A DNA stretch of 20,000 bases from Malacoraja senta. Taxonomy: Eukaryota. Under the pieces are notes generated by a model. It made no database searches. It saw only the letters and a program-made list of their open reading frames with translations, and had not been told where the DNA came from. A program made the translations under genes and the position numbers. Numbering within the stretch: position 1 is the stretch's first letter; each line of letters starts with the position of its first letter. Location: the NCBI GenBank assembly GCA_038087875.1, contig JAXLNO010000217.1, positions 57,026-77,025 of the forward strand, read 5' to 3'. Below are positions 19,437-20,000 of this stretch, piece by piece.

Positions 19437-20000
19437 AATAGACAAAAGAGAATAGGTGCAGGAGTAGGCCATTCAGCCCTTCGAACCAGCACCACCATTT
19501 ACTGTGATCATGGCTGATCATCCACAATCAGTACCCCGTTCCTGCCTTCTCCCGATATCCTTTGACTTCGCTATCTTTGAGCTCTATCTAACTCTCTCTT
19601 GAAAGCATCCAGAGAATTGGCCTCCACTGCCGCCTGAGGCAGAGAATTCCACAGATTCACAACTCTCTGGGTGAAAAGGTTTTTCCTCATCTCCGTTCTA
19701 AATGGCCAACCCCTTATTCTTAGACTGTGGCATCTGGTTCTGGACTTCTCCAACATCAGGAACATGTTTGCGTGTCCAATCCCTTAATAGTCTTATATGT
19801 TTCAATAAGATGCCCTCTCATCCTTATAAATTCCAGTGTATACAAACTCAGTCGTTCCATTCTTTCAACATATGACAGTCCCGCCATCCCGGGAATTAAC
19901 CTTGTGAACCTATGCTGCACTCCCTCAATAGCAAGAATGTCCTTCCTCAAATTTGGTACCAAAATTGCACACAATACTCCAGGTATGGCCTCACTAGGGC
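19436..20000 (-). mobile_element. CR1 3' fragment running off the window end
   Basis: Peptides PNLRKDILAIEGVQHRFTRLIPGMAGLSY and KSRTRCHSLRIRG...QRVVNLWNSLPQ, then the 3'UTR stem-loop and a degenerate (CTATTGT) tail. Confidence 0.92.

Overview
This is vertebrate non-genic or intronic DNA dominated by nested transposable elements. The family mix (HE1/V-SINE-like tRNA SINEs sharing 3' tails with CR1/HER1-like LINEs, Rex1/Babar fragments, palindromic Penelope remnants) points to a cartilaginous fish such as a skate or ray; this is inference from pattern recognition, not a database result. No intact host protein-coding gene is visible. The main elements are: a 5'-truncated L1 (117-1865) with a 16-bp TSD; two oppositely oriented copies of a TIR MITE (PIF/Harbinger-like) that host the L1 and a CR1; a near-complete but disabled CR1 ORF2 (2757-5754; APE endonuclease plus RT); a Penelope GIY-YIG relic and three palindromic Penelope pLTR remnants, two with degenerate minimal hammerhead cores; a CpG-rich non-coding retroelement with a LINE-type tail; a Rex1/Babar 3' fragment with an open DUF1891-type ORF; and many CR1 3' ends and SINEs. 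I see no convincing new biological system. The best second-look items are the nested insertion architecture, the hammerhead-like cores, the SINE-in-SINE fold-back, the unclassified CpG-rich element and a weak candidate minus-strand exon near 18.3 kb.
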